Positions 1-23,368 of a stretch of 64,000 nt of DNA are shown piece by piece (positions within the stretch are counted from its first letter, which is position 1; every line of letters begins with the position of its first letter). The position numbers and the translations under genes were made by a program. The notes below the pieces were generated by a model. It had not been told where the DNA came from, searched no databases, and saw only the letters and a program-made list of their open reading frames with translations. The DNA is from the human T2T-CHM13v2.0 reference genome, Homo sapiens: NCBI RefSeq assembly GCF_009914755.1, contig NC_060941.1; one strand, given 5' to 3'.

Positions 1-284
1 TGCAATAGACTTTGAAGAACTACTTAAGCTTAGCTATTAAACAAATGACGAAGGAAACAACAAGCCCCAGAGAATCAGCATTCAGAATTGCTATGATATG
101 TGATCTAAAATGTCCAGTTTTCAGTAAAAAGTTGTGAGACATTAAAAGAAACAGGGAAATATGACCCATAAAAGCAGGCAACAGAAACAGCCTTAGAGAA
201 GGCCCAGATGTTGAACTTAGCAGACAAAGACTTCAAAGTAGTTATTATAAATAAGTTCTAAGAAAACATGCATAAAAATAAAGG
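1..284 (+). mobile_element. Old L1 (L1M-type) fragment, 5' part interrupted by HSMAR2
   Basis: L1M ORF1-region-like sequence that resumes at 1958. Confidence 0.6.
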
Positions 285-286
285 TA

Positions 287-1955
<1,669 letters not shown>

Positions 1956-1957
1956 TG

Positions 1958-3210
1958 TGGTAAAAATATCTCATCAAATACAGAAGATCAGTAAAGAGAA
2001 ATTACACACACACACACACACACACACATACACACAGCTGAAAGGAAATTCTGGAGTTAAAAAGTACAGTAGTGAAAATGAATAATTCACTAGAGGGTTC
2101 AATAGCAGACTTGAACTGTCAGAAGAAAGAATTGGCAAACTTGAAGATAGAGTGATAGAGATTATGCAATCTGATAAAGAGAGAGGAAAAAGAATTAAGA
2201 AAAACAAACAGAGCCTCAGAGACATGTGGAATGCCATGAAATACACCAACATACATGTAATGAGAGCACCAAAAGGAGAGGAGAGAGAGAAAGGGACAAA
2301 AATATTACAGAAATTATGGCTAAAAATTTCCCAACATTGATGAAAAATATTGATCTATCCATTCAAGAAGCTCAACAAATGCCAAATAAGATAAACACAA
2401 AAAGACCCACACTCAAACACTTCCTAGTTAAATGCTGAGAGACAAATAATCTTGAAAACAGTAAGAAGAACACCTCATCACATACAAAAGAAATCCAGTA
2501 AGATGTAAACGAGCTTCTCATCAGAAACAGTGGAGCCCAGAAAGCAGGAAGAAGATATAGTGTGCTGAAATAAAAATCTATTAATCAAGGATGTAAAATG
2601 GTACAACTGTTTTGGAAAATTATTTGACAGTTATTCAAAAAGTTAAGCATAGTGTTACTACATGACCTGAAAATTCCACTCCTAACTATATACCCAAGAG
2701 AAATGAAAACTTATTTCTATACAAAATACATAATGTTCATAGCAGCATTATTCCTTATAGCCAAAAAGTGGAAACAAGCTAAACATCCATCAATGAGTGA
2801 ATGAATAAACAAAAGTCATATATCCATACAACAGAATAGTATTTGGCAATAAAAAGCAATAAAGTACTAATATATACTACAACATGATAAACCTTAAAAA
2901 TATTATGCTAAGTGGGAGACACCAGTCACAAAAGACCATATATTGTATGAATCTACTTATATGAAATGTCCAAAATAGGCAAACCTATAGAGACAGAGAG
3001 TAGATTCGTGGTTGCCTAGAAATGGGGTGTGGTAGGATGAGAAAATGACTGCTAATGGGTATGGGATTTGTTTTGCAGGAGGGAATGAAAATATTCTAAA
3101 ATTAGATTGTGATGATGGTATACTGTGAATATACTAAAAAACATTGAGTTATTTACTTTTAGTGGACAAATTGCATGATATTTGAATCTTATCTCAATAA
3201 AGCTATTTTT
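1958..3210 (+). mobile_element. Old L1: ORF1 remnant (1958-2580) plus L1M 3' end (2590-3210)
   Basis: ORF 2226..2438 EIMAKNFPTLMKNIDLSIQEAQQMPNKIN resembles L1 ORF1p; ends TATCTCAATAAAGCTATTTTTAAA; (CA)n at 2004-2036. Confidence 0.8.
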
Positions 3211-3819
3211 AAAGATAAATTAGATACAATCATCACCCTTGAGAAGCTTACAAGTACAATACGCCTTCAGCAATCTTTGTGAGGTAAACAAAAAATCAAG
3301 GCATAAGCTATAGCATAAGTTCTGTGGGGGAAAGCATGAAGAATTCTAAACTCCTGATAAGCTTTCAGAACAAAGTCCTCTTTTAATTGAAAATACCTTG
3401 TACTTTGAATAAACTATCCCTACTGCGTTTGGGTAGAGGCCAATTTAGAAGAGACAATACAAAAGATTGGGGGTAAGGGGAAGGACCTGGAGTGGAATAG
3501 CTGGAGTCCTGCTGTAACAATGGACTCTCAGAAATGGCAATAGTAATAGGCAGATGCTAGGCAGACAGTAATACTTACACTAGGTAATGGAGCATGCTCT
3601 TTTAGTATGGCTGCTGTCCACAGGACTTCCAAATAGGCAGCTGGCTATACAAGTCTCAAAATCAAAGGAGAGTTCTCAGCCAGGGATATAGTTTATTAGA
3701 GTGTCAGAATACAACAATAGAAGTGAATGAAGCAAACTAGGAAGAATATAGAAAGAAAAGGGTCTAAGACCAAAGCCCAAGGAATTTAAATATTTATAGT
3801 TCAGGTACAGGAGAAGCTA

Positions 3820-4308
3820 TAGGATCCCAGCAGGAATCTGATGGCACATTCAAACTAAGTTGTTTGAACAGAATTTTATAAAGAGACTATTTACAAAGGT
3901 GTGGGCAAGGCTTAGGGAAACAGAAAAAGACAGTGCAGTTCTGCCAGGGTTAACAACAGTTGGAGCTTTACTTTCCCCAGAGCTGAAGAAGACAGAGGAA
4001 GGAGCAGTTCCAGAACCCTGAGAGGAGAGCTGAACATAGAAGGCTCCCAGTGGGAGTGGCAGCCTTTTGATAGAGGGACATAGTCAACCCACAGCAATCC
4101 AGCTGGGCTAAAGCTGGGACATACATATGACATCCTCATTCTCCTCTTGCCCTTTGATTTCCTGCAGGAGCATCCCATTGGCTGGGCCCAACAGGAACAC
4201 AAAAGGCAAATGAGCTCACAGATGCATATGGGTCAGCCCTGCCAGGGCACAGAGGCACAGAGCAGGGTGGAGAAGGCCAGAGAGTAGATTTGTGTACATG
4301 CACATATG

Positions 4309-4339
<31 letters not shown>

Positions 4340-4720
4340 GACTATCAACACAGGCTCTAAGAATAAGACTCCAGAGAGCCAGGGGTAAAACCTGGAGAGA
4401 AAGATAGTGCTAGTGTAAGTCCCAGAGTGCAATGGCCCAGGAACCAGGAGTTCTGATGTCCAAGAGCAGGAGAAGATGAATGTCCCAGCTCAAGGAGAGA
4501 GAATTTGGCCTTCCTGTGCCTTTTTGTTCTGTTTGGGCCATCAAGGGATTGAATGGTCCCTGACCACATTAGTGAGGGCAGATCTTCTTTACTCAGACTA
4601 CTGATCCAATGCTATTCTCTTCCAGAAACACCCTCACAGATATACCCAGAAGTAATGTTTTACCAGGTATCTGGGTGGCTCTTAACCCAGTCAAGTTGAT
4701 ACATAAAATTAACCATCATA
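3820..4720 (-). mobile_element. ERVL-class LTR fragments: old LTR ~3820-4290, (CA)n 4312-4339, MLT2-type LTR ~4345-4720
   Basis: Ends CCAGTCAAGTTGATACATAAAATTAACCATCA, the reverse complement of the MLT2 5' end. Confidence 0.65.
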
Positions 4721-4838
4721 GAGATCAAGTTTACTAGAGAGTTACAGTAGAAATCCTAGGCATCGTGCTATATACGTTTGAAGTGAGTTATCTTTCATTT
4801 AAAGTGATGGTAATTTGCTCCATTGTGTGGTTTTTCTA

Positions 4839-5282
<444 letters not shown>

Positions 5283-5845
5283 TCATAAAGACATAAGTGA
5301 TGTCAAGAGAGGGCAGAAGGACAAAGGAAAAAAATAAGTAGATTAATTGATTGGAGGCCTCCATGAGGCTGAAGAAGTACTGGCAATGTAGGAAAATGTG
5401 CTCTAAAATATGGATCTGTAAAATCATGATTTTGGAAGGGGTGAAGATATGTTGATACAACAATATTCAGGGCGGGGTCATGAGTTTGTGGGCTGATGTG
5501 GAATTGAGATGGCCGATGAGTGGATGCAGAAGGTTTGGAACAAGCTGCATGCCTGCTTGCAAAAGTTTTGAAGATTAATGGCATGGGTTGCAAGAGATAA
5601 AGACCCTGAACCAGGTCCTTAATACTTCAGCGAATGAGGAAAAGAAATCAGATGAGGAAGGGGAGAGGAAGATAAGGTATAACATCACGAGCTTCAAAGG
5701 AGCTACGTTTACTGTTGTTGTGTGTTTTCGTTTTCGTTTTGCTTTAATAAGAGGATGGAGAAATAATTGTCTGGATGTAACAATGACAAACAAGGAGAAC
5801 CCCTGTCCTACCATCTGACCCTAAGCTGTAGGAGAGTAAGAGGAT

Positions 5846-6521
5846 GCCTTAGTCCATTCAGGCTGCTGTAACACAACACCATGAACTGAGTGGCTTATAA
5901 ACAGCAGACATTTATTTCTCATAATTCTAGAGGCTGGGAAATCCAAGATCAAGATGCCAACAGATTCAGTGTCTGTAGAGGCCCATTCCTCATAGATGGC
6001 ACTGTCTTGCTGGGTCCTCAGGTGGTAGAAAGGACAGACAAGCTCCTCAGGCCTCTGTTGTAAGTATCCTCATCCCATGCATGAAGGCTCTGCTCTCATG
6101 ATCTAATCACCTTCCAAAGGCTCCAGCTCTTAATACTATCTTTCCAGCCAGGTGTGGCGGCTCACTCCTGTAATCCCAACACTTTGGGAGGCCTACGAGG
6201 GTAGATCATGAAGTCAGGAGTTTGAGACCAGCCTGGCCAATATGGTGAAACCTGGTCTCTACTAAAAATACAAAAATTGGCTGGACACAGTGGTGTGCAC
6301 CTGTATTCCCACCTACTCGGGAGGCTGAGGCAGGAGAATCACTTGAACCTGGGAAGGGGAGGTTGCAGTGAGCAAGACTGCATCAGTGCACTCCAGCCTG
6401 GGTGATAGAGCGAGACTACATCTCAAAAGAACAAAAGCAAAAACAAAAACAACTATCTTTCCTTGGGGGTTAGGATATCAACATATGAATTCGGGGGGAA
6501 AACAAACATTCAGACCATAAC
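5846..6521 (-). mobile_element. MaLR LTR (MLT1/MST type) with nested Alu (+, 6146-6451)
   Basis: TTAGTCCATTCAGGCTGCT...ACATTCAGACCATAACA; Alu TSD ACTATCTTTCC at 6135 and 6452. Confidence 0.85.
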
Positions 6522-8289
6522 AGAGGGCACACAATTAGCTTGGATTTCAACTAAGGCCTGGAGGTATAGGTAATATTTAGAGAAGTGTTTACAGATAAAG
6601 GTGAGTTTGCTGATCACTTGGTAGGTTCTCCGTGGCCGAGTGGTAGAGGTTAGGAAGGAGGTATGGAACAGGCTTAGTTAGATAAGCTTTTTTCAAAAAC
6701 AGCACAGCATACCTGGTCATTTGGTAAATAATATAACATTTGTTAACGAGATACATTTATATGTATATAAAATAATCTCCTTCAACTCCTTAATAAAATA
6801 GCTACAGAGACTCTCATGGGCCTCTGATTTTATTTTTGGCATTTTTAATGGTTTCCTTTGTTCTTTTATACGTCTTGGGCCCTCGTTGGTGGAATTTGTG
6901 GCTTCGATTCTGTTCAGCCCACCTTGAAAACAAACCATTAATAAATACATTTGGGCCTCCTTTTGTGCCTCGCAGAAACAAACAAACAAAATGTCTATTT
7001 CATTAGCACACCAGGATCTGGGGAAGGGTGAATTCTCTGGAAAGAAAAGTACAGGAGGACTAGGAGAGATGTCAGGCATGTCCCACAAATTCAATTTATT
7101 CTTCTTTCCAGACCACATCTAAATCAAAGCAGCTGTACTTGATAAGCCTCTCTGGTTAAGATGCTGAAAGTGATATTCAGATTAAAGGTAATGTGAGGAA
7201 GACTTTCTGTCTCAGGTGGAGAAGGGTTTTGTTCGGGAAAAAACAGCAGGCAAATCAAAGAAAGTACTGAGGCTCCCAAAGAAAATGAGAACAGAAGAGG
7301 GTGAGAGAGAAAATGGCTTAAATGAACAAAAGAAAGATTGTGCTTGTCTACCCAGGTCTGGCTGTGCTCATCAATTGAATCAGAACTGTGGCTGGCCATC
7401 TGCTGCTCTGAATACATGACAACAAGCCACTTGCAATGACCCAGCTTTTGACTGCTTTAGCAATGGCATTTCTTGAGATCAAAGAGACCCAGCTCATCCC
7501 AGGAAACACTTGGAGCCATTCACTGTGACCTTATTTTAAAGATATTATATTGTAAATTTAATGAAATAATATATCCAGCCTGTCTAGCATATAGGAAGGC
7601 TATTTTCCTTCTCCTTCCATTGCTACAAAAACACAGTGAAACAATGGACAATACACATTGTCCTCAGTAATTGGGTTTCTCCCCCTCTGAATTATAAAAT
7701 TACTATTACAATAGTACTGAAATTATTATTGCTATTTTCAGTGCTTTAAATCACTCTTTTGCATGGGGTGGAATTTCATGTGAATGGAGTCTTTCTTTGG
7801 CCCCTATCCCATAAGGTTTAATTAGGGAAGTAGACTCACCTGGAAGCTGGTCTCATAGCAATAATGATAATTACCTTTATTGAGATGCTATTCTGGGTAG
7901 ATCAGGCACCATGCTCCACATACATTATCACCATTTTCCAGCAAGTCTGTGAGAAAGGTATCAGTGTTCCAATTTTATAGATGAAGAAATTGAAGCTCTG
8001 GGGTTTCTGCTATTTGGTCAAGCCTATTTTATTCATAATCAAATTTAGAAATAAAGGCTTTGTTGAACTTCTTCTGTATCATTGATGAAACAGCTAACCA
8101 TTGATTCAAATCTTCTGAAGGATCTTGAAGCCCTATGAAACTGTTACCTAAACCTTGGTCACTGTGATCAAACACAAGAGGCAGATGGGTAAAAACGACA
8201 AGTGGAAATTCATGCCTATCTTCTTTTTCTTGAACACTAATGATTTTGATCAAAACAGAGCTTCACTACAGGAATCTGTCCTGGGGTTT

Positions 8290-10860
<2,571 letters not shown>

Positions 10861-12539
10861 ACCTAAACATAAACCGTTTTTACTATGACATACACACTCC
10901 CCTCCATGGACCTGAAGGGCAGCAATTTACCAGCGCTGAAGAATTAATGCTCTTGTCTTGATTGTCACATCATTGCTATTTCCCTGAAGCCCTAGAAGTG
11001 AGATGGGCTTTCTGCCTTGCCATTTTCTTCCTTCTCCAAAGGTCATGAGCCACACTTTTGAGTACACCCACCACAAAGAATACAGAAACAGGAGATGTTC
11101 AGTTCTAGCAACTGTTGTCATTCTCTGGTTTGCCTGGGCCAAGTCCCTTAACTTCTCTAAACCATGGTCTCCTCATCTGTGAAATGAGGATCATTAGAAC
11201 TCCCTGCTTAGTAATCAAATGCTGTAAGGGAGATAAAGTGCTTGCCTTATAGAGTCCTGCTTGGTAAATTGTGAAGAGTTAGGCAAAGCTAAGCTCCTAT
11301 TATTATTTAATCTCAGAAGGTAACCAGCACAGACTAGAAGAGAAGGATCAGCTCTTTTTGAAGAATCATGCACTTAACTCCATTGCATGAATGTGGTCCC
11401 TGATGAAGACATCGACTGCCCCTCTGTCCTATTTTCCACATTGCATTTTGTTCCTGAAAGGAAAAGATGCTGTTTTTATGCTCATTGGTTATGATGTGTC
11501 ACCCAATTACTGCATCTGGCTCTTTCATCCTCTTGAGATCTTTCTGCATACAGGCGGCTCAATAAAAAGTCTCTGGAGTCCAAGATGAGACTAAAAAGCA
11601 GGAAGAGCTTTGTCAAATTATTGCATCTTAAGATAAACATCCTAGCTGAGGTCTAAGCAGTATTGATTTAACAGAAAATTTGCTGAGCTAGGCTCCCCTC
11701 CACCCATGTCCATCTCCCAAGAGGAAGAACATGAGAGGGTTAGAATGAAAGCAGGAAAGCAGATGGTGAATGCACCTGAGAAGGGGCCCTCTTCCCCAGA
11801 GTCAGCTTCAAAGTGGGCCGGATGATAGTGTCCCCTGATAAGTGTGGGTATTGAAGAGTTCGGGAACTGTGCCCTAATTCTTGACTGGGATGCAGGCATC
11901 TTGCAGGTGTTCCTTATAACCCTGTGGCCTAAGAGCAGAAGGCAAAGACTGTTATGTGACAAGCTGACAGCAGAAAGGATCTGAAGTGGCCACCCTCACT
12001 TTCCTGAGGCTCCAAAGCAGTGTGAAAGAATTCCAATTTTCCCTGTATCTCCATTAAAGACAAAGACAGCCAGCAGGCAGATATTGATGGCATCAGCACC
12101 ATGGCAAAGGAGAGAGACAGGTAAGCTGCACCCCAGGTAACCATACCTGAGCATCAGGTAGAGGCCAGCACAATGGTACCAGGTGACACCCAGGTATCAG
12201 ATGCTTCCCCACCTCTAATGCCTATTCAGTGCATGACATTTAGAATTCAGATGCAGTCCTAAGGAGGAGTGTTTTGGGAGGGAGAAAGACCTGAATCAAA
12301 GGGGAAGGCTTGACTGAGGCAGCCTGGAATTGGCTTGACTAAGTGATTGGTCAGGAGTGGGGATGGAGACATTTATAGAGATTTAAGTTATGGAAAATAA
12401 CAAAGTAGACATGCATTTCTGGTACCCATAAGAAATATCACTCTCTATGAACAGTTGTTTGTGTGTCTGGATCCCTGCTAGATTGTAAATTGTGTAGCTT
12501 ATGCATCACTGCTGTCCACAAGCCCAGGGTTTGCCCATC

Positions 12540-15506
<2,967 letters not shown>

Positions 15507-15820
15507 GCTGGGTGCGGTGGCTCACACCTGTAATCCCAGCACTTTGGGAGGCTGAGGTGGGTGGATAACGAGGTCAGGAGTTCAAGACCAGCCTGGCCAA
15601 GATGGTGAAACCCCCATCTCTACTTAAAATACAAAAAAATTAGCCAGGCAGCGAGCGCCTGTAATCCCAGTTACTTGGGAGGCTGGGGTGGAGAATTGCT
15701 TGAACTTGGGAGACAGAGGTTGCAGTGAGCAGAGATTGCACCACTGCACCCCAGCCTGGGAGACAGAGTGAGACTCTGTCTCAAAAAAACAAAAAAAAAA
15801 AGAAAGAAAAGAAAAGAAAA
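15507..15820 (+). mobile_element. Alu at the LTR 3' end
   Basis: TSD AAAATGGACTAA(T/C)ACA. Confidence 0.93.
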
Positions 15821-16379
15821 TGGACTAACACACCCATCCTAGGCCTACCTGCAAAGTTTGCAAAATCACTCTGAAATGAGCTGAGTTCGAGCCAGTATGC
15901 TCCAGCATACCTGGCCTGTGGCCTTTCTTCCCCCTTGCTTATCTGTTGTTGCAGCTCAGAAGCCTGTATGCATTTTCGCTCATTCACTTATTCATTTACT
16001 CAGAAAATATGAAAATATTTATTGTGTGCTTGAATTGTGAAGCTCTATAGATGCAAGTGAGAAAAAGAAGTGGAGATTTTAAGTGAGGCTTTGGGTTGGC
16101 ATGTTTTTTGGTTTTTGTTTTTAATTTTCCAGAGTCCTGTCCTACTTGTCATCTCACTATAGTTTCACAGCCACAGCAGAGGCAAAGGGAAGCAGATGGT
16201 GTTAAGTTCACTGTACAGGTGAAGAAAAGGAAAGACAAGTTGAGCTTTTACCAAAGTGACACAAAAATTTGTGGTAGAGATGGCGTGACAAACAACTCGC
16301 AGTTTTCCTGACTCTAGTTCATGCAGTTAGGTAAAAAGACATCAGAACATTTGTTTGGGTTAAAAGTGCAATCAGCCAA

Positions 16380-17590
16380 TGGAAAGAGCTTCTCATGGCC
16401 AAAGTTAGAGCAATTTGAGCAACATAAATAAAGTAGTATTGGATTATACCCCGAAGTATAAAATACATATCCAAGAGTCTATGCTGATACAAATAAATGA
16501 CAAAATAAATAAGTAATGGGGGAGAATAGCCAAATATCCCTGCAGCAGAATTCCATATAATTTATGTAGACATTCCATGCTCCAGGAGGTAGAGCATAAT
16601 TCCCCACTACTCAAGTGCAGGCCGCACATAGTGATTTCCTTCCTAAGAGTCCAGTGGGGAGAGAGGGAGAAAAAGGTACATTTATAGTGGAGCAACCTGA
16701 CAAACACCACCTCAGCCAGCTGATCAAGGTCAACATCAACCGTGATAAGTCATGTCCCTTAGTAACATGTGATGAGAATAACATTGCGTCTTTGTGGTCT
16801 CGCTCTCAAAAACTCATGCTACCAGTCTAATCATATAAAAAAAAAATCAGGTGAATCCCAATTAAGGGACTGAATTAGTCCATTTTCACGCTGCTGATAA
16901 AAACATATCTGAGATTGGGTAATTTATAAAGAAAAAGAGGTTTAATGGACTCACAGTTCCACGTGGCTGGGAGGCCTCACAATTATGGCGGAAGGCAAAA
17001 GCCATGTCTTACATGGTGACAGGCAAGAGAGGACATGAGAGCCATGTGAAAGGGGTTTCCCCTTATAAAAGCATCAGATCTCATGAGACTTATTCACTAC
17101 CATGAGAACAGTATGGGGGAAACCACCCCCATGATTCAATTATCTCCCACTAGGTCCCTCCCACAACACGTGGGAATTATGGGAGCTACCGTTCAAGATG
17201 AAATTTGGGTGGGAACACAGCCAAACCATATCAGGGACATTCTACAAAATACGTAACCAGTACTCCTGGAAACTGTCAAGGTCATTAGAAAAAACAAGGA
17301 GAGTCTGAGAAACTATCCTAGCCAAGAGGAGCCTAAGGAGACAGGATGGCTAAATACAATGTGGTCTCCTGGATGAGATCTTGAAACAAAGAACATTAGG
17401 TAAAAAACAAAGAAATCTGAACAAAGTATGAACTTTAGTGCATAATAATTGATTGATTTTGTTTCACTCATTGTGACTCATATACCATCCTAATGTAAGA
17501 TGTTAATAACAGGAGAAACTGGGCATGAGGGTATATGGGAAACTCTGCACTAATGTCATAACTTTGCTGTAAAGTAAAAATAAAAATAGT
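16380..17590 (+). mobile_element. Old L1M 3' fragment interrupted by a THE1 solo LTR (-, 16871-17233)
   Basis: LTR ends CCAAACCATATCA; 5-bp TSD GGGAC at 16866-16870 and 17234-17238. Confidence 0.8.
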
Positions 17591-17598
17591 TTATGAAA

Positions 17599-18086
17599 GG
17601 CTGGGTACAGTGGCTCACACCTGTAATCTCAGCACTCAGGAGGCTGAGGCAGGAGGATGACTTGAGCCCTGGAGTTTGAGACCAGTCTGGACAACATAGG
17701 GAGACCCTATCTCTACAAAATTTTTAAAATTAGCCGAGTGGTGGTATGCACCTGTGGTCCCAGCTATTCAGGGCACTGAGGTGGGAGGATCACTTGAGCT
17801 GGGAGTTCAAGGCTGCAGTGAGCTGTGATCATGCCACTGCACCCCAGCCTGGGTGACAGAGTAAGACCCTGTTTGGAAAAATAAATAAATAAATAAAAAG
17901 AGCCAGGCATGGTAGTGTGCACTTGTAGCCCCAACTACTTGAGAGGCTGAGGCAGGAGGATCACGTGGGTCCAGGAGTTTGAGGCTGCAGTGTGTTATGA
18001 TTGCCTCTGTAAATAGCCACTGCACTCCAGCCTGGGCAACATAGTAAGACCCCATCCCTAAAAAAAATAAGAATAATAAAATAAAA
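17599..18086 (+). mobile_element. AluJ followed by an Alu monomer
   Basis: Alu consensus motifs, A-rich tails. Confidence 0.9.
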
Positions 18087-19616
18087 TTTAAAAAGATGAA
18101 TTGTGCAATGGAAAATGTACAACCAATGTATTGCCGGTGTAATAAAGTGGCGGGAGGGTTGGTGGGAGGAAAGTGCTATACAAGCCTTTATTCTGCTTTC
18201 TCTTCATTCTTTGGGATTGACAGTCAGCTTTGGTTGCAGCAGCACAGGAAAAGGACTCCTGTGTTCCTGACACAAATCTTCAGCCCTTCCAGTGACTGGC
18301 TGATCCTGGATAAACGTTTTCCCTGCTGTCATCTCTAAAAGCTTTGTTCTCCTGAATCAATAAGCCTATGCACATCACTGTGGTCATTCTTCTGGCTTAC
18401 CTGGAATTTGGATCATCTACTGCATCATCGGGTTTATTTTCAGAGCCCAGACAAGAGTGGGAAATGAGTGGGAAATTGGGAGTCGGAAAACCTGTGAGCA
18501 TCACCTAATTGTGATGCCCCTGACTTAACCTTTCTCATTCTCTATTTCTTCAACCATAAAGTAAAGATAATGATGGTCCCTGGGGTAGCAAAAGATTAAA
18601 TGGTGTAACGTATGTGAAAGCTTTCTGTGACCTAGAAAGGTCTGCAAAATTTTATTTTGGAATGTCCTTGTCTTTGGGGAGGCTAGGACTTCGTGCATCT
18701 TTTCTCCTTAAGCAGTTCTCTGGATTATTCTCTCAATCCAGTTCAACAGATATTTGTCAAGTATCATTAACATGTCAGGTACATTAAGAAGTGCCTCAGC
18801 ATGGAAACGTTGGAAGATGGAGAAACACGGGCTTCTCAGAATTCGCATGAGAAGAGCTGTGTGTGGCTAGATGGATAAGCTGCCTGGGCGGGGAATGATA
18901 GCCCACTAGAAGCATGCATCAATTATGATGTATTTGGTTATTAGAATTGAAAACCCAAATCAAAATGGCCTGAAAAAGTCACTGGCTCACCTAACTGAAA
19001 GGCCCAGACCTGCGTGGGCTTCAGGAATCAATGACATATGGTGGCTTAACCACAGCATCAAAGACTCAGTTTTATCTTTTTCTGTTCTGTTATCTACAGC
19101 AATGGCTTCATCCTAAAATGGCCTCCCCCATGGTTATTAGGATGGCTGCCAGCAGCATGTAGGGCTCTTAGCTTCCTTATTCACAATGGGATGTGGTGGG
19201 GGGTAGCACTTATAAAATAAAGCCACAGTCCATGAACTTAACCACACTATCTGAATTAGCCACCCCACCTCCAGTCTCTTGCTAGTCCCTAACTCTGTAT
19301 CATTTCTTTACACAATTTGAAATATTATGTTTTTTAAATATTACTTATTATTTATTTGCATATCTACTCATTTATACTCAACTCTCCCTCTGAAATATAA
19401 GTTCCATGAGGGCGTGGATTTCATTTTGTTCACCACTGTTCCTGAAACCACCTTCTAAGGAGAGTGGTTCCCTCTTTAGTCCATGAGATAGAGGCTGAGC
19501 CTGCTACGAGGAGTCTTCCCTCTCTGCCCTCCTTCCTATGCCCATGGTGCTTCCTGCCTGGGTCCTGACACTGATTAGGGTGCTACCAATCAGGATTTTG
19601 CTGGAATGAAAGATCA

Positions 19617-19997
<381 letters not shown>

Positions 19998-22096
19998 TCA
20001 GAGGAGCTGGAGTAAATTTGGGGAGAAAGAATTGATAAAAAGTATCACCCTTGAAGGAAGGAGGAAAGGGGGTAGTGACAGCGAGGTCAGTAGTCAAGCG
20101 GGTGAAAAATACGATGGCGTGAGGTGAAGGGCCCAGGACGGAGTCTCAGCAGGGTGGGCACATGGGCTCCTGGCACACACACCTTCTGCCCACATTCCTG
20201 AGCACGTTACCCACACTTTTTCATGGCAATGCTCCAAGGGCCCTGTGGAATATGAATAATAGTTCTTCACATTTTAAGAGCATTTTATAACTTACAGGAC
20301 ATGTTCCCAGACATTATGTCATTTCATCGTCACAGCCATTCTGTGGGGCTAGTTTGATTATTCTGATTCTGAAAGTGAAAAAAACAAGCCTCAGAGCAAT
20401 TTTCCAAACACCACACAGTTAAGACAAAGGAAAGCTGGATCCAGATATTCATTCTCCTTCGAGTCCTGAGTTCATCTTACACCATTGGAAAACAGGGTAA
20501 TGATGTCCTGAGATGAAAATACATTGAAAACTGCTTAGGGCTAGGTTTTTTGTTTTGTATTTATTTTTTCTGTTTAGGGTTGAGTTGCTTTGTACTTTCG
20601 TACACATATAAAATTTTCCATAATAAAACTTTTAAGAAATTTTAAAGAATAGAGTTGAGTTGCTCGGTCAGCCCCTGGAAGAGTAAATCCAGGGGAGGTC
20701 AGGCCCCAAGGAAGTCAGGTGCTGAAGGGTTTAGGCTTCAGCCTTTAAGATTTAACTTTAAAAAAGAAGGAGGAACATTTGGGAATAAGGAACAAGGAAA
20801 ATCATATGCGTGCTCAAGCAGCTAAAAAAAAAAAAAAAAAAGACACAAAGGAATGATTTGTTCCCTCCGGGTTTTATATTCTCTTGCCAGATCCTTTAAT
20901 TATGCTTCTATTCTTTTTTCTCAAATTTAATTTTCCCCCAGACTTAAATAAAGAACAGATGATGCTTCATAGAAGACTTGGTAAAATAGCCTTTCATAAG
21001 TTATTTCTGCTTGGGTGCAGGTCCTGGCTTGATCTCCAATTCGCTGTGTGATCCTGGGTTGTTATTTACCTCCTGGAAGGTTCAGTCTCTCCAACTGTAA
21101 CATCGGATTGAGAATATGTGCCACTAAATGGCCTCAAGAAAAAGGAAAAGAAGGTAGGTGATAGCCACAAAGGCACTTGGACGTTTTCCATAGAGAGATG
21201 TCTTAGGTTTGGAGACATTACCATTAGAGCATTTCTCAGAACCACCTAGTCTGTGAGTTACTACAGACAGGGCCCTCTGCTGCCCTGGCATTAAAGTTGA
21301 CAGGGCCTTCATAATCTATGTGGGCTGGGAAGGGACCTCAGGTCTGAATCCTTTGCTCTTTCTGGTCCTCCAGGTTGTCTCCTGGTTGATTTTGTTGGTT
21401 TGACAGTTTTCATCTCATGAAGTGTTAACAAGTTGCTCTGGTGCATCAGGAAAGAGAATCTGAGAAAGAGAAATAGTCCTTGATTATCCTTGCTAAAGGC
21501 AGAGCATAAGCTCAAAGAGCAGATAATCTCAAAGAGCATGGTCATTTAAATTCAGCATTGCAGTAATAATTTTAAAAGTTTTATCTTCATAATTTTATTT
21601 TGTTTTGTTCAGGCTGAGCTTTGCAAGAGGCAAGGGAGCGGCAGCCCAGATAGATGTTGGGTGCTGGGAGGAAGATTGGGGTTAATCCTGGCTCAAGGTT
21701 TTCTTCTCTTTGCCATCACTTTTGAAGACTTCAGTACACATGCCGGCAGTGCATCTGACAGCTTGGTCTCCCAGGTCTTCTTGTCTTCTCAACACCACTG
21801 ATATTCTCTCAACAAATGATCCTTTTGATGACACTGACTATCAAGTCTTCATTCAAAATCATTCATTCATTCATTCAATAGGCAAGTTCCAAGTGACTCC
21901 TACATGTCAAGAACTTCTTAAGGATTCGGAGTATAAAAATTAGAAAATTTCCTCGACCTTGAGCTCCATTGTGAGAAACAGATGAAGAAACTACAGTGTC
22001 ATTAATGACTATCATAATGGAATGCCCTAGGGGAATGTGAAGAAGGAGCCCTCTCTAAGCCCAGGTGAGTCAGAAAAGACTTTTAGGAGAAGGTGA

Positions 22097-22501
<405 letters not shown>

Positions 22502-23098
22502 TAAGGGAAGGTGTTCTAGGAAGAGGGTGCGGCACATGCGCAGGTGTGGAGGCGTGATAAAGCAGTGGCATATTCAAGGAGTTGAGCAAGCAGTTTGATC
22601 AGCTGTGGAGGAGCAAGAGATGAGGCTAGACAGGTAAATTGGTGCCAGATCCAGTGCTGGGTCTATTGTGAAGGAGAAGGGGAACTAGTTCAGAGATTTT
22701 CCCCAGACTTAATTGAATCAGATTCTCATTTTAAAAAGTGCACTGGTAGAAATGTGAATAGATTAGAGGCATGTGAGATTGAAGGTGCAGGGTGGGTGGC
22801 AGAGGGACCTGCTGGGAGCCATCACAGTAAAGCACCTGAGAATGGATAAGGACCTTTACTAAGGCAGTGCCTGTGGAGAAGGTGAGAGGGCTAGAGAGAT
22901 CTGAGCAGAAGTGTAAAGGACTTGGCGACCATGGAGTGTGGAGGATAGATATGAAAAAGGGAGTCTAGAATTACTCCCAGGTTTGGGGCTTAGCTGATTG
23001 TGGAGATAGTTATACTGTTGGCTTATATAGAAAATATAAGAGGAGATTCAGGATTGGGAGAAAAGATGATTTGTTTAGCTCTGAAACTACTGACTTTA

Positions 23099-23368
<270 letters not shown>
